NCBI GenBank assembly: GCA_002633005.1
Contig: NMRA01000255.1
Span: forward strand, 104,062-168,061
Origin: Phoronis australis
Taxonomy: Eukaryota; Animalia; Phoronida
Direction of reading: 5' to 3'
Length of the DNA stretch: 64,000 nucleotides
Below are positions 25,208 to 38,592 of the stretch, piece by piece. Below the pieces are notes generated by a model. That model was not told the DNA's origin and did not search any database. It was given only the letters and a program-made list of their open reading frames with translations. The translations under genes and the position numbers were made by a program. Position 1 is the stretch's first letter. Every line of letters starts with the position of its first letter.

Positions 25208-26678
25208 AGGTACAGACGGTTATCCCGTATACATCTACATGTATAAGTGTTGCGTCCATGCTAAGAACTTTTCCTGTAATTAAATCGAATAGCCTTATAC
25301 GTCTAACACTTTGTAAATGACAAGGCAAGCTTGGTTCACGTGATATTTGAAAACAATGCTCATTGGTTGTATATGTATGGACAAGCGTTTCACGTAGTCG
25401 AATTCTGGATAGATGTGGAACTTCACAATCTGGCACATGGGCTTAAATATGAGCATACATATTTTCATAACAAGGTAGTAAGCAGATAATAGCTTAATCT
25501 TTCATAAATGTCCGTACGTACATGCTGTTGGCTTGTGCTGGCACGATTCATTGCTAGAATGATTCCCAGCATTACAGCGTTCTGTCGTTCAGTAAGTTTT
25601 CCAGACGTGAGGGGTGCTCAACGTGCGATAACATCTGGCTCTTTTGTTAACTGCCCAGCTCAGTCTTTTGTCCCGTATGATAACAACCAGGCCAATTATC
25701 TCCCAGGCTTCAAAGGAAACGTATGGTGGTTGCACGCTATTACCGAACGCATACGAACACAGCCCAAACCCTGTGCGTCCGTTTGGACAGAATAGATTGT
25801 CTTAACTTCTGTTGTGGTTGGGCGATTTTGGTGATTCAAAAACGGAACATGATCAGCATTTCACGAGGAATTCAGAAATGCTATTGGTTTAATCTCAAAT
25901 GTGTTATAACTTAACTTTCTTTTTTATCAGCCCAGCCCAGTTAGTCTGAGATACAATCTGATCGGAGATTAGAGCAATTATGGAACAAAAGAGCGCAGGC
26001 CCTCCAATCATAAATGCCAGAATGGAGTTAATCAGTCGTGTAAGATATTGACTACGGGGGTAAACTTTCCAACTTGTTGTTGGGCTATAGAATCGAACAA
26101 GTTGGGAGAACGGGTTGTCGTCGTCATGCGTCAATAACCAATTAAAATCTCAGCATGGAGGCGCATCCCAGATAACTGAGCAGCTCTACAAGGCTATTTC
26201 TAACTGACGCGCCTATTTTTGCAGTTTTTCTGTAATGGACACAGAAAGCGTCCAAGAAATCATTGGCTAACCCTTTGTCAATAGTTGTTCAGGATACACT
26301 GAATCGTGGTACAGAAACAGTCGTTTGTTGTCAAAATATCTCGTTAAAGCAGAGTCTAAACCCGTTACAGTTATAAATATCAACACCATAAACGCAGAAC
26401 ATAGCTGTGCGCTCACATTTGCATCACAAACATCAAGCTATACTAACTAGGTTTGTCGTTGTGTCAAAAACAAGAATTGAACCAACAACTAGGTAGAAAC
26501 AACAAGTCAGATAGTCAAATCGAAGCCAGCTACCGAGACCTACCGACTGAACTTCAAGTCAAAACCAGGGCCGTTCAAGCACCAATAACACGAATTCCAG
26601 CGCTTATTTGAAAGAAATCTGCATTGTATAGTCCAGTTTCCACAGAGCGCAAAGTAAAACGTGGAAGTTTAAAGGGCT

Positions 26679-27060
26679 GTAGGGGGAATTCAGGTGAGTT
26701 GACCCACTGGGAGAGTTGAACCACCCTTTTTATCCAGGTCCACAAGCAAACGACATCTATAACTGTACACTGGTGGCAGCACTTGTTCTCGGTGGCAACA
26801 AGGAGAAAGGGTGAGTAAATGAGGAGATAATTTGGTTAAAATTGTAAAAATTACGCACTTAAGCTTTTTTCAAAACATGTAGAAATCCTTTGTTTGTTCA
26901 TCAAAGGTGGGAGATAGTGTTCAAATTATATGGCACATAAGCGTAGTAATAGACATCACATAACAAACAATTTTTCCACTAAAATGTTTTTCGCCTTTTT
27001 AGAAATTCAGGCTAAAATGTAACAGTGCTGGGGCATGAGGGTTGACTCAGCGTCCCTGAT
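26679..27060 (+). mobile_element. Left-end fragment of a pogo/Tc1-mariner-type element related to 27911-29231
   Basis: taggggga...ggtgagttgacccactgggagagttgaaccaccc resembles the doubled GGTAAGTTGATCAC terminal motif of the downstream element. Confidence 0.4.
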
Positions 27061-27910
27061 TAGTGTTCAGCCATGGCGCAACTCTCCCTTTAATATTTTT
27101 TTGTTCTCAAACAAATTTTAATTTGATTAGGAACTTTGAATGGGTGAAGATCTATGAGAATTCCTGAAGTTAGTGTTGCATCGAGTGTCATCCGCCGTTA
27201 CAGTTTAGGAGAGCAAGCAAATTTTTTCAGATGCAAAAAAATTCAAGTAAATATGACACTCAGTCGCTTCATTGTGAAAAAACGAGAAAATCCAAATACT
27301 GAGAACTGCAAATTCACGAGTATTATATTCAATCCGGAACTGTAGTTGGATCTCGCCAGTCATAACTGCACTTTCCAAGCTCAAGTATTGCAACATAACA
27401 TGTGAATTTACCTTAGAAATAATGTCAAAGTAAAGAAAATTGGCACAGGAACAAAACAGCAAGCGATGGGTACTGGAGCGGATTTAAATAAACACACACA
27501 AATTCGCATTTCGTAACCCCGAACAAACATCATTGGCAAGAGCTATTGCTTTTAATCGTCACACCGTTGTTGTTTTTTTTTTTTTTTTGGCAACCATGGT
27601 GCCGTTAAGGGAGGCACGATCGAAAGACATTTACAATCTTCACGAAACAGGACGCACGACAGTTCAAAAAACTCGGAAGTATTGTTGTAGCTCGTGGTAT
27701 CATATTAAGCAAGTAGGCTCTGTCACGTCAGCGGACAGAGAGAGGTAAACTGACTATAACTGCAATTGGTTCACTTCTCCCACCATGATAGTAATCCCGG
27801 CGGTCAACAATAGCGAGTATTTTCCCGGCGGCCCTACGGGATCAGTGAGAAAAGCGACCAAATCAGAGTGGATAAGTCTTTCTTGAGTATTTAAACCACT
27901 TCGTTTTACA

Positions 27911-29231
27911 TAGAGTGGAGTAAGTTGATCACCTGGGTAAGTTGATCACCCCCCCCCCCCCCTCTTCTGCAGTGGTTTAGCCATTAACTGTCGAAGCTTG
28001 AAATGATGTTTTGATGGCAATCATGGTGTTTTGTCTTAGTGATTAATGAAGAGGGCTCCGGGGTAAGACGACCACCAACTGAGGGGTCATGTTTCAGGCG
28101 GATCATTTTACCCTCACTTGATTGTTTTTATTGTAACTTGTACCAACACTACAGGAAAACCAAACTTAAAAAACACAAACCAAAAACAAAATTATAACTG
28201 ACACAATGTCAACTTAAAACATTTTTTTACCTAAAATAGCACTGTTTTATGTAACTGTGTGACATTTTTAAACAAAAAAGTTGATATTTTTTGCATCTTA
28301 TGTTTACAGTGAAGATGCCTCGCACATACCAAAGAAAAACAACAAGAGCGTCTACACCTCATGGTGTTCTCGTGACGGCTGCACAAGCCTGCGCCGCAGA
28401 TGCACGCTTGAAAACAGTAGCAAGTGACTACAACATAGACAGAATGATATTGAAAAGATTCTTCACATGAAAGCGATTGCAGAAAACGAAACCAAAGTAA
28501 AAGAGCGCTTTGCTCAAGAATCTTCCGATGATGACAGTACCATGTGGTTCTTGGAAAGCGTCAGCTCAGGTAAAGACAATAAAATAGTTCAAGCAGACTT
28601 TGTTTTAACCAGAGTGCAAGGCAAAACGAGTTGTTTGCTGGACATTGCTCCCGTTGACGCAATTGATGAAGAGAAAAAAATATTATGAAGGATGCTATCC
28701 CAGGAAAGTTGCAAGTCAGCTTTTGTTTGAAAGATCGTTATTCATAGCAAATTTAGAAGATTGCCATTCATTTTCGAAAGATGACATTTTAAAGAAGTTG
28801 CCAACAGTTAAATATGTGGAAGGAAGTTACCACAGATAAAGTCAGACGGAATCTGTGCAAGGTAAACCCCATGTTGAGAATTTGAGTCTGGTTCAACACC
28901 AGTACTAAGTTATTTATTTGTGTATACACTGTGGGTTAAATAATTTTTATTAGAAATGAGTAAAATGTATTGTTTATTGTGGTGAATACTTTAACCCTGT
29001 ACGGTGATCAACCTACCCTACACATGGGGAAAGATTATCACTTTGTCACGTTTTCCAAAAACGAATATTTTAGTTATTAATTAGACAAATGCCAGCAAAA
29101 TAACACAAAACCTAATGATAGGTATATGTGAGGTAAACTTTTCATGAAAAAAGTTTAACTGTTTTCTTACACGTCTTCAGAATCAACTTGAAAATGCAGT
29201 TGTGTGATTAACTTAACCCCACTCTCTCCTA
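27911..29231 (+). mobile_element. Internally deleted pogo/Tigger-like (HTH-psq) DNA transposon
   Basis: TIR-like ends agagtggagtaagttgatcac / gtgattaacttaaccccactctctcc|ta. ORF 28315-28470 MPRTYQRKTTRAST...VASDYNIDRMILKRF (psq HTH) is followed directly by a transposase C-terminal-like segment (DFVLTRVQGK...SFSKDDILKKLP); the DDE core is missing. Confidence 0.75.
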
Positions 29232-30009
29232 CACAACGCAGCAAAAGTCACCACGTTTTACTGATATTCGATAACTATGAACCTATATCGGTACAAGCAA
29301 TTGGTCGTGCTAGTGAAAATTGCGTTAGTTCTCCTAACATTACCTCCACATACAAATCATAGGTTGCAGCATTAGATGACGAACATAATGTCTTGGCAAC
29401 ATGTGTACCAGTGTTTACGCGGCAATGATCGAGTATCGTCATCCTATCTTGTTTGGTCATAATAATTTGTGTAATTTGCGTGAGCAAAATTCACTTAGAA
29501 AGCTAAAATTAGCTGAATTAGTAAAAAAATGTGAACGCTCTGACACTGACAATGCCAATATTAGTTCAAAAAAGAAAGGATACATATAATTAGCTGAATT
29601 AAGTGAACACTGACACTGAAATTGCCAACATTCGTTCACAATAGAAGGGTACATTTATTGACCCTTTTCTGTGTTTTCAAGGAAATGTTTTACACTCTCA
29701 CATATCGTTTTGTTTGTAGAATGCGGGGCTGAACGTATAAACACTGTTTCATTCATTTCCCCGTATTCCTGCTTATATGTACAAACACCACATAGACATT
29801 TGCCTTCAAGTTTTAAGGAAGATGGACATAACTCTGGCCAAAATCCGGAAGTTCCTAACTAGATCAACAGAATAGTGTGACTGAAAAGAAGCTATGACAG
29901 ATTCAACATGACGGAAGATGGTACCGGAAAACCGAAAAACATGACAATTTGGGTAATTTGAAAAAGAAACGGAAAGAAGTGAATTTCTGACTTTCTTTGA
30001 AAACCATGA

Positions 30010-31200
30010 TGTAATAGTATTCTGGTTTTTACTGGAACTACACATGTACCTTACATGGCACAATTTGTTAGAATGGTTCATTATATAACTCTTGCCAAGC
30101 AGCTCTATGAAATGTGACTCATATGCATGTGGTTTTGTGCATTGTAAAAACATGTTGTTGTACAGTAGTCAGACTGCAATAAAGGAGTGTTCATTAAGTA
30201 AAAACGTCTTCCTCCCTTCTCTCTCCACACGACATTACATGCTGTCAGGAGTGGGATTTTTCTCAGTTTTTGATTACTGCATACAATGCTAGACTTGGGC
30301 CTGCCGGAACCGTTTGTGCAACTCGAATCTGACAAAACAACAAAACGTTGGAGCCAGTGGCGGCAGAGATTCGACATTTACCTGGTCGCAAGTGGACTCG
30401 AGGAAGCGTCAGGAAAACAGAAAGTCAACATTTTACAGCACCTTCTTGGATCAGATGGCGACAAACTACCGGTATACAATTAACATGCTTGATTTGTCGC
30501 TGTAGGACAAAAACAGTTAAGACGGGGTAACGGCGCGTTTTGACGAGCATTATGGCCATAAGCAACACTACAATATTTGCTGACAAGCTTTTTCAGAACC
30601 GTGTAACCAGAAGGCCAGAGAGTCACTTAATGGCTTTTGTGCCAGATTTTAAACAACGTGCAAAGGGATGTGCCTACGATGACATAGAGGACACATTGAT
30701 TTGTAACAGAATTACCAATGGTGTGACTGACCGCGACAGTCATATCAAGTTCAAGCTATTACACTTGGAGGTAGATGAATAAGCTTTGAAGACGGTAATT
30801 AAAGTTTGTCGTGCCAGTGAACTGTCTCAACAGCACTTAAAAACCTATTGGTTGAGGACAATGTTTGTCAAACAAGGCACAAGATGTTTTGCAGCAAATG
30901 CACGCGAACGCATTTCGAGGACAACTGTCCTGCCAGGGGCAAAACATGTCAAGCTTGTGTCAGTTTTGGTCATTTTGCAAACTCGAAAATTTGCAGGGGA
31001 AAAGAGACATCTCAGAAGAGACCTAGACAGCAACACCATACCAGACGTAGAGAAGACTAGAGCACAATGCCAAAGGCACCACAACTACAGAGGAAATCGT
31101 GGTCAAAATCACAAGGACAATTACCGAGGACACACAAATGTAAACAGAGCGAATGATGACGAAACGGTAACAAATACAATGAAACAATGTGGATAAGTAA
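30010..31200 (+). mobile_element. Ty3/Gypsy (Mag-like) LTR retrotransposon remnant: 5' LTR (~30010-30239), PBS (30240-30258), decayed gag
   Basis: AATAAA-containing LTR ending ...ACA, then tgctgtcaggagtgggatt (one mismatch to the complement of a tRNA-Leu 3' end). Gag RWSQWRQRFDIYLVASG...KVNILQHLLG, F..R..E...F...LK.RAKGC.Y...LICNRI..GV.D, double Zn knuckle CSKC..H...CPARGKTCQAC...GHFA...C. No pol. LTR start is approximate. Confidence 0.85.
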
Positions 31201-31581
31201 CAAAATGTTTTCTATGGATCCGAGACGGCAAATTCTGAAAGTACCGGAAATAATTACGGTAACGTAATACCTAAATATATACATAAAAAATAATTTTCAA
31301 ATTGCGTTTCCAAGTGTACCAACATTTTATTTTCTCACTTTTCGGTCTCATAAATTCACATGCCGATTTGTCTCAAAAAATTAAGGTCGTTCTTTCAGCA
31401 CGAGTTCTTATGTGCATGTGAAGCCTGTATTCATTCCCAGACTGAAAGGAACAATTTGACACCAATTACATTACAGTTTGTTGTTTCATGTGACGTAATG
31501 TGGGTTTATAGTCACCTGGAAAGTAGTTGATGTATATTTTGGCATGCACGTTCAGACAATGTGAAACGAACTCCACTGATT

Positions 31582-32244
31582 TGCTCTCACTCAGTCATGA
31601 AACATGGTTTCCATAACTTTGCCTTGATGATGTCTGCTTCCACTTTGTTGTCAGATAACAACTTTCCCAAAGTCGCCCTGCTAGACAAATTTTTAAGCTG
31701 AGAAGCTACTACAGAATGCAGCCCTTCTCGATTCCGACTGATCTAGAGCAGTTCTGGTCCACACAACTGTCAGGCAAGAGATGCAGGGAAAAGATCATGA
31801 CATACTAGGAATAATGTTTATATAAACATATATAGAATGTGTTGCAATGTACATCATCAAATATAAATGGTGTTATTGTACGCCATAATCACCTTGCTTG
31901 TATTTCTTAAATTCAAAATCAGGTCATACTATATTCAAATATTTCAAAATTGTTCTGGTTTAGTGATTTATTTCTAAATATGCTTTTCATTTTGCACACT
32001 TTTCTCCTACGAGGTGGGCGAAATGATTCCCCTGAAAACTAAGCCCAGTACTACCTCTTTACGATGATGGATGGCGACACAAAAAAGTGATAGCTATGGA
32101 AACCATAGGCGAGAAAGAGGTTGGGAGAAAAGTACCAAAATGGAGAAGCAAGGGTTTTAGCGATGTCTTCAGAGTCTGGATGATGACGATTTAAATGTGG
32201 TTCAAGTAGTAACAGATGCGCATCGGCAAATCTTGCTCTTATGA
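31582..32244 (+). pseudogene. Decayed, intron-containing Kolobok DDE transposase fragment
   Basis: 31582-31701: SHSVMKHGFHNFALMMSASTLLSDNNFPKVALLDKFL. 32014-32244: GRNDSPEN*AQY..FTMMDGDTKK-VIAMETI...EVGR-KSTKMEKQGF*RCLQSL....LNVVQVVTDAHRQI, ending at a gtaag donor. These correspond to the DGRxDSPG/EK/TDxH motifs of Kolobok transposases. Confidence 0.8.
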
Positions 32245-33406
32245 GTAAGACTTGTCTGATATTCCGAAATTAGTCAACTTTTACCAGCGAAACTAACTTC
32301 AGAGGTTAAAATGCAACAATGTCCACCGACACTCTGTAATGAGCACCACGCCAAGGAATTTGTAAGACAATTCTAATCACCATGTCAGCCTCTGTACAGA
32401 ATTTCAGTCTTTGAGGAATCGCTGGTGGTTGAAGGCATGATGAATTAAGCTAAAGCCTCCATTAAGACGTTTGGAATTCCATGTGGAACAATTCAAATAG
32501 GTTGAAGGGCACACAAGATCCAAAATGTAAATCACGTCCAAGCCAAGGTTAGTAGTCAAGTTTTTGACATTCTTTGATAATCTACCAGCTCATGTAATGA
32601 ATTATCATGAAACAATTTAACAATGATGCCTGAAGAAAGTAACACATGCAGAAAACAAGCAAATGGTGCACGAAAATGTGAAATCCCTTAAGGGGTCATT
32701 GAAAATTGAACACAGCATTTGTTTATCAGAACAAATGAGATAATTTACGTTTCATCCACTTCTCATGGCAAAATGATTGATACGCAAACCAAAACAGTGC
32801 AAAATTCTCAGAAGGGGTGGCAATCCTCGAAGGAAACCAGTGTGGGAAATTATTCCTAGAAAAATTCAGTCAAGGATACTACAAGCCGCTAGACTAAACA
32901 TCCAGCCAAAACAGGAAGTACACAAAGATGATATTTTATTGTTTTGTACATTGTTATTCTATCACACGCATATGGAAAAATTACTTGTGTACACTATTCT
33001 AACATGCTTAATATATAAATACAAAATCAGTGACAGCCCATTTTATCTCGAGGTTCGCCAGTTCAAATATTTTTGTTTATTCCTCCAGTCCTTAATCCTG
33101 TCCTTGAGCTTAAATTTTGTAGTTTTCCTTGTACAAACCACACCTTTGTACATACTTTAAAGTATTAAGACAAAACAAAGAGTGCGTTGGACATGAACCG
33201 TTCTCATTCATATTTCTACGACTTCTGATCAAGGGATTTAAGAAACACGAACACTCAGATACCTGTCATGGTCCAAACAAAGATTATTGCAAAATTAACC
33301 CTCTTAATGTATACACATATTTATTACACAACTGTACAAAAATATACATCATGATTTATGTACAAATCCGTGAGCCCCACCACAGACTAAGTCTATAAAT
33401 TTCAGG

Positions 33407-36400
33407 CTAATGAAAAGAGGTTAGCAAGACTATAACCAACACAACAGCAAGAATTATGAGAAACGGTAGCCAAGTCTTGAGCACAGCACACCAACTGAAA
33501 AATAAGTAATAACCAAATAATTTTATTTGTCAAATAGTTACGTTTCTGGTAAAATGTTGATGAGCATTATTTGTCATGAATTTCTGGCAGGCAAACTGAT
33601 CCTGTTTTGCACCCTTCATGAAAGGAAAAGGAATATATCAAACCTTACCAAAAGCTTCCTACACTGTAGAAAAAATAACTCTGCTTAGTAGAATACAGCA
33701 TCGGCAAAGAACAAATGCATATAATAGCACAACCATATACACAATGCCATTTAAAAGTGTTCAAATACAAATTTTTTGAATGGCATGAAGGTATTACCTG
33801 ATGTAATGGCCGTGACAGAGCATCAGAAAGCACAGTTTGATCATGTTCCAGCTGGAGCTGTTGTCATAGTTCATCAGGTTCAACGCCATGGCAACATGAG
33901 AGTGACAATTGTCACAACAGAGATTGTGCTAAAAAACACAAGCAAATCTAAACACTAGTAGTAGTAAACACTTACTTGCAGTATGTATAAGATGGAAAAC
34001 CTATTCGGTTTTTACAATACTGATTTCCAGCAGGGACCAGGTTAATACATAGAAATTTAAAGGAACATAGTATATTCATGGACAATAATTTGAAGTTTAA
34101 GAAATTGTGAAAACAGTAACCATGGAAGAATAACATACATGCATAAGTGTTTTGACTCATCCAGTAGGGGTTCAATTGAATTGACTCATCCAGTAGGGGT
34201 TCAATTGAATATGAAAATGCAGATAAATCGATTTTCTTACACCTTCATTGAAGAAAGATTTACAAAGACAACAACAACAAAACCACGAAGACATTGAAAT
34301 CATGAAACATGCTTCTACTTGACTATGCACTGATTTAACATGTTACAAAACTTAATTTGAGGATCAGGATCATTCCATAACTGAAAGAATTGATTGAAGA
34401 TCGCTTCAACTTTAACCACATGAAATTTTATATTTGAAGAATTGTGAGATTTGCTATAGATTTGGTTCACAATTAATGTATTATTATCATGACTTCCCCA
34501 GTTTACCTACCATTCTGTGCTTATATTCTTCAGAGGCGTCAGCCACCGACCTGTCCCACATTGTTTGTGGATTCTGGCCATTTTGTATCCGCACTTTTTC
34601 CATCGACAGTTGCCAATATCTGCAGAAGCAAATAAACTACAGAAAAATGTAAATGTGGAAACTTTCGGCACAAATTTTTTGTAAAAGAATGATTTGTGTT
34701 CAAAGAACAGGCACATAGTATATTGAGATGGCAATTCAGAACACAATATAGCGGACACATGAAATTATGTTTTGTGCTGTCCATTCTTCATTCCAAAGGG
34801 TAAGAGTAAGGAACCCCATTTTACCAGAAACTGAAGTGGTTGTAGAATGGGGTTTGGAATCCCATTGCCTGGTGAAGAGTGGCACCATGTTACAGGCATT
34901 TTGTCATTTTCCTGGGACCACCATTGCGAAAAGCTGATGAAAGTAAAATGCAGTGAACAAGGGGTTATTTGTCCTTTTTATAATGAAACAAAAAAAAATT
35001 GTTCACGGTCGATATTTCTTGAAAATTTATTGCAAAATCATGACGACAACAAACTGTTCAGTAACATTACCTTTAACAAATCAAACCATGCATGCTTATG
35101 TTTTTTTCGAACATTTTTCATAAAACTTAATAAAAGAAGATCTCACTGTAGCAGTGCTCTTAAGTAACAGCCTGCCCATCAAAAGCTTTGACTTTCAAAT
35201 CCAATATTTGACCTGAAACAATTTTTAGCTAGACAGGCCTCGACCTCATTTTAACTCGGAATCAAGCTGACACCCCCACCCTTACCCTTCGATACAGGCA
35301 GATTTGAATGACCTCCTTTTTCAAAGATTTTACACGATGTCATCAGGCTAGCTTAAATTCTTCTGACACTTGAGGTGTATAGTCACAGACATTTGCAGAA
35401 ATAACATTGTTTGGTTTTATGAACAGAGACTGCCAACAGACATATCCTCACAGCAACAAGTGTGCACTATGCCTTGTGAGGCAGGCCTACTGAGAAAATC
35501 CCAGTTAGGCATCTTTGACTGGTCATTTGGTATAAAGGTTTCATTTCAGTGTTCGAATGTTTGCCATTCCGGGTGCTACATCTCAGAGTCAGGTTTAAAA
35601 CTTGTGTAATTTAAGCCTGGCTTGTTTATCTTTTTGTTTATGATCAGATAAGATGTTTAATCTAAGTCTCCCCAACTCTAAGAAAAGATCAGCCCTGGGC
35701 ACACAAGGGATTGGAGCCTAAGGTTTTAGATATGACATAGCACTTTCCAGATGCTCTGGGGTAAAAATGTACTAACGTCCGATTCCTATAGAACATTGAG
35801 CAAAAGGTTCTGCACAAATGTTTGCCCAAAACACATTTCAGCCAAGCTTTACGTTTCAACCTTGGATTTTATCAATTTAACCTGTGATTTAGCTTACACT
35901 GAAGATGTCAAGCTGGGAATGTTTAAACTAAGAACCCTGCTTAACTGGACATATGCAGCAAGAGCAACTGTCTCAGCATTACAAAATCCTCAAAACAACA
36001 TCTTACGCATAAATTTCGACTCGGATTTTGAAATCATCACATTTAGCATGGTCCCGAGGGTGACAGGTTAAGCGAGGAAGCTTGTGTTAACATTTCTTTA
36101 TACTTGACTCACATTCTGCCATTTGGACTTACTTAGTTGGGTTGCCAAAGGCCATATCATCTTCCTGTAAATAAATATTAATACATAAATATTAAAAACA
36201 GTCAGTAACGATTACAAAATTCTAAATGACCTCTTAAGTACAAGTTACGAACATTAATTTTACATGCACCTGACAGTTTCAACAAATACAAAGCTAAAGA
36301 TGAACATTAAAATCAATACACCAGAAACACGTGAGCTTATACTTGCTTAATTGAACAACAAAATTAAAAGTACTTTAAAAATTAAAATATGGTAGATAAT

Positions 36401-38254
36401 TATTAAGTTAAAACCTATCTTGAATGGTAACACTTGTAAATTTGGTTCCTACAGAATGTTAAGAGCATCACTCTGAGCCCACTAGTGCCAAGTGTAAAAT
36501 AACAAACAGTTAGGCGTATTGGTTTGCTTTTGTCTATATGTCACCACGAAAATCACCTTTTAATTTAAACAGCTGCAAATAACACCATCACACAATGGCG
36601 TTCTATTCAGACCCCTATTCAATACAACTGTACGCCTTTTGTTGTTTGTGCTGGGATCTCGCGTTAACACAATGTGGCACGAAAAGTCAGCTTCACGTAT
36701 CATTTGATGGACCTACATTTGCGTGATTAAACTCGCATTTTCTTACTTTGCTAAGGCTTTGCTAAGACTACCTGGTTAGCCCAATACATCAAAAATAACA
36801 AACTTCCATTAAAGTTAGGCTTTAATTTATTATTTTTATACTCACAGACACAAAGTATGGTCCTGCAAAGTCTCTGATTACACCTGACGTCATTGCAATA
36901 CCCATGTGGCCAATGATAGGAAACAGCCATCTAAAATGCATGAAGACGTATCACTATTTAGTACTCTGATTTAAAAGTTAAACCAACAATAAACCCGAAC
37001 CTTTTGTCAAACAGCCAACTTTTAATTAATGGCAATTCAAGGGATTTCATCAATGGCATTGTTCAAGGGTTGTCTGCTAATAAACACCACAGATAACTTG
37101 TGAATGTGTAAAATGATTTCTCAGAGTTGCATAGCAGCGGCACAACAAAAATTTATTGATGCATTTTACCTCAAAAATATAAGGATTTCAATTCAAAGGC
37201 ATTTAAAAACCATTTCAGACAAAATGTTAATTTTTACAATCATTTATTGACCAAGAATTGGCTTTTTGTTTTAAAGTCTGCTGAATAGAAGGGATTTGCA
37301 CAAGCACATTAACGTTAACTCATTTTTCTCCCAACAACTATCCTAATACTTAAAATGACACCATGAAATTTTCAAGATGTGGTAATCGTTGCAAAAATAT
37401 TTTTTGCAAATTTGAAATTCCAAAATGGCTGCCAATAAGGACGTAAATAGACAGTGAGCAACGTCTCTCCTAGTAGCCGACTAGAGACAGTGTAGTTCCT
37501 ACATGAGCTTCATACTCCAGAAGCAATTCCGCACTTAGGAGACCGTCGGAATTTAATTCCTTCCAACCTGAAAGAATTGATCGTCATTTTTAACATTACG
37601 TGCCGCAGGTGGTATTGATGTCATATCTCCTGTCGTGCGCAGTGCAAAAATAGCCACTTACTGATTTTGGGAACTGAACAAGGGACTGCTCGAAGAAATT
37701 AACGGGAGTATTTCTTCGAGTTGGAAGGAATTAAATACATCGACGACCTCCTAAGGTGCCCGTCTATGCACAAAAGTTATATAGAACAATGTGACTTTGA
37801 TGTTTTAGTCAGTGTGAGGCATAATTGGCCGAAAATCTTCCGGCGTATGAAGCTCCCATAGGAGCTACACCGTCTCCAGTCTGCTAGAGACGGTGGTCAC
37901 TGTCTTAGACGCAAATAGACTAGAGTAATTCCTCAAGTTAATTTAGGAATCAGTAAGAGTCAATGAATCATATGATGAAGGAAAACGAATCATAGTTTTC
38001 TTGTGAAAAGGATGATCTTGAAAAGCATTTTAAATGAACTTGTAAATGCCTGCGAAAATGGCTGCTGAAGTCGCTGCTTTAAAAATTAAATATTAATAAT
38101 CCGAACGTGTACACTTTTTACATTGGCCCCAAACTTCGATATCTTACGTTAAACAGGGTATAGGTGTCCAAACAATACAGTGCGGGTATCTGAGTCTCGA
38201 ATGGTCCACCTTGTCGGCATTATTAGAGGGACTGTCAATCTGATAATGACCCAT
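33407..38254 (-). CDS. TMEM222: TMEM222 (DUF778/RTE1-like membrane protein), ~183 aa: complement join(33407-33494,33798-33928,34511-34619,36133-36164,36846-36930,38148-38254)
   Basis: Spliced translation RYPHCIVWTPIPCLTWLFPIIGHMGIAMTSGVIRDFAGPYFVSEDDMAFGNPTKYWQL...WDRSVADASEEYKHRMHNLCCDNCHSHVAMALNLM...KTWLPFL matches TMEM222 family motifs. All junctions are GT-AG and phase-consistent. AATAAA on the minus strand at 32935-32940. Confidence 0.95.
33649..33663 (-). CDS. TMEM222: Candidate 15-nt in-frame cassette microexon of TMEM222 (adds VGSFC)
   Basis: Minus strand reads ttttttctacag|TGTAGGAAGCTTTTG|gtaagg; phase 2-2, no stop; lies in the last TMEM222 intron. Confidence 0.55.
34152..34209. repeat. 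Perfect 29-bp tandem duplication
   Basis: ttgactcatccagtaggggttcaattgaa x2. Confidence 0.85.
36478..36825 (+). repeat. Interspersed repeat family D, copy 2 (in a TMEM222 intron)
   Basis: Colinear with 14243-14495. Confidence 0.7.
37448..37907. mobile_element. Fold-back MITE family C, copy 1 (TIR AGACAGTGACCACCGTCTCTAG), in a TMEM222 intron
   Basis: tagacagtgagcaacgtctc ... gagacggtggtcactgtct; internal arms are imperfect inverted repeats around ggtggtattgatgtcatatctcc. Confidence 0.75.
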
Positions 38255-38419
38255 ATTTTTAATGTCTACAGAAATAGGTTGTTTTTCCTCTCCTTTAACC
38301 TCCATGAAGAATGACGCATGATGGGAGAAGAGTTTTCTACAGACATTTTACAAAATTCTACAAGTTTAGTTACTGTTCATTCGAAGATCATTGTTTGCAA
38401 ACAATTATTTACAGAATAA

Positions 38420-38592
38420 AAGTTTTGTTCAATAATTAACCTCAACAATAAAATCAAAACATGCTGCCGCTTTGTCACGGCGCAACGAACCCGAGTCGAG
38501 AGTCGCGCAAAATTCAAGGCTTTAGCAGGGGGTGCGAAGAATTTTCTAAATTGTAGTAAAACTAAAAGGTCCATGTTGTGAATTTTGCGTGT
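38420..38592. promoter_or_regulatory. Bidirectional promoter region TMEM222(-)/TCF19-like(+)
   Basis: Start codons are 339 bp apart in divergent orientation; CpG-richer patch; E2F/CDE-like CGCGC plus 4 nt plus CHR-like TTCAAG at 38504-38518. Confidence 0.6.
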
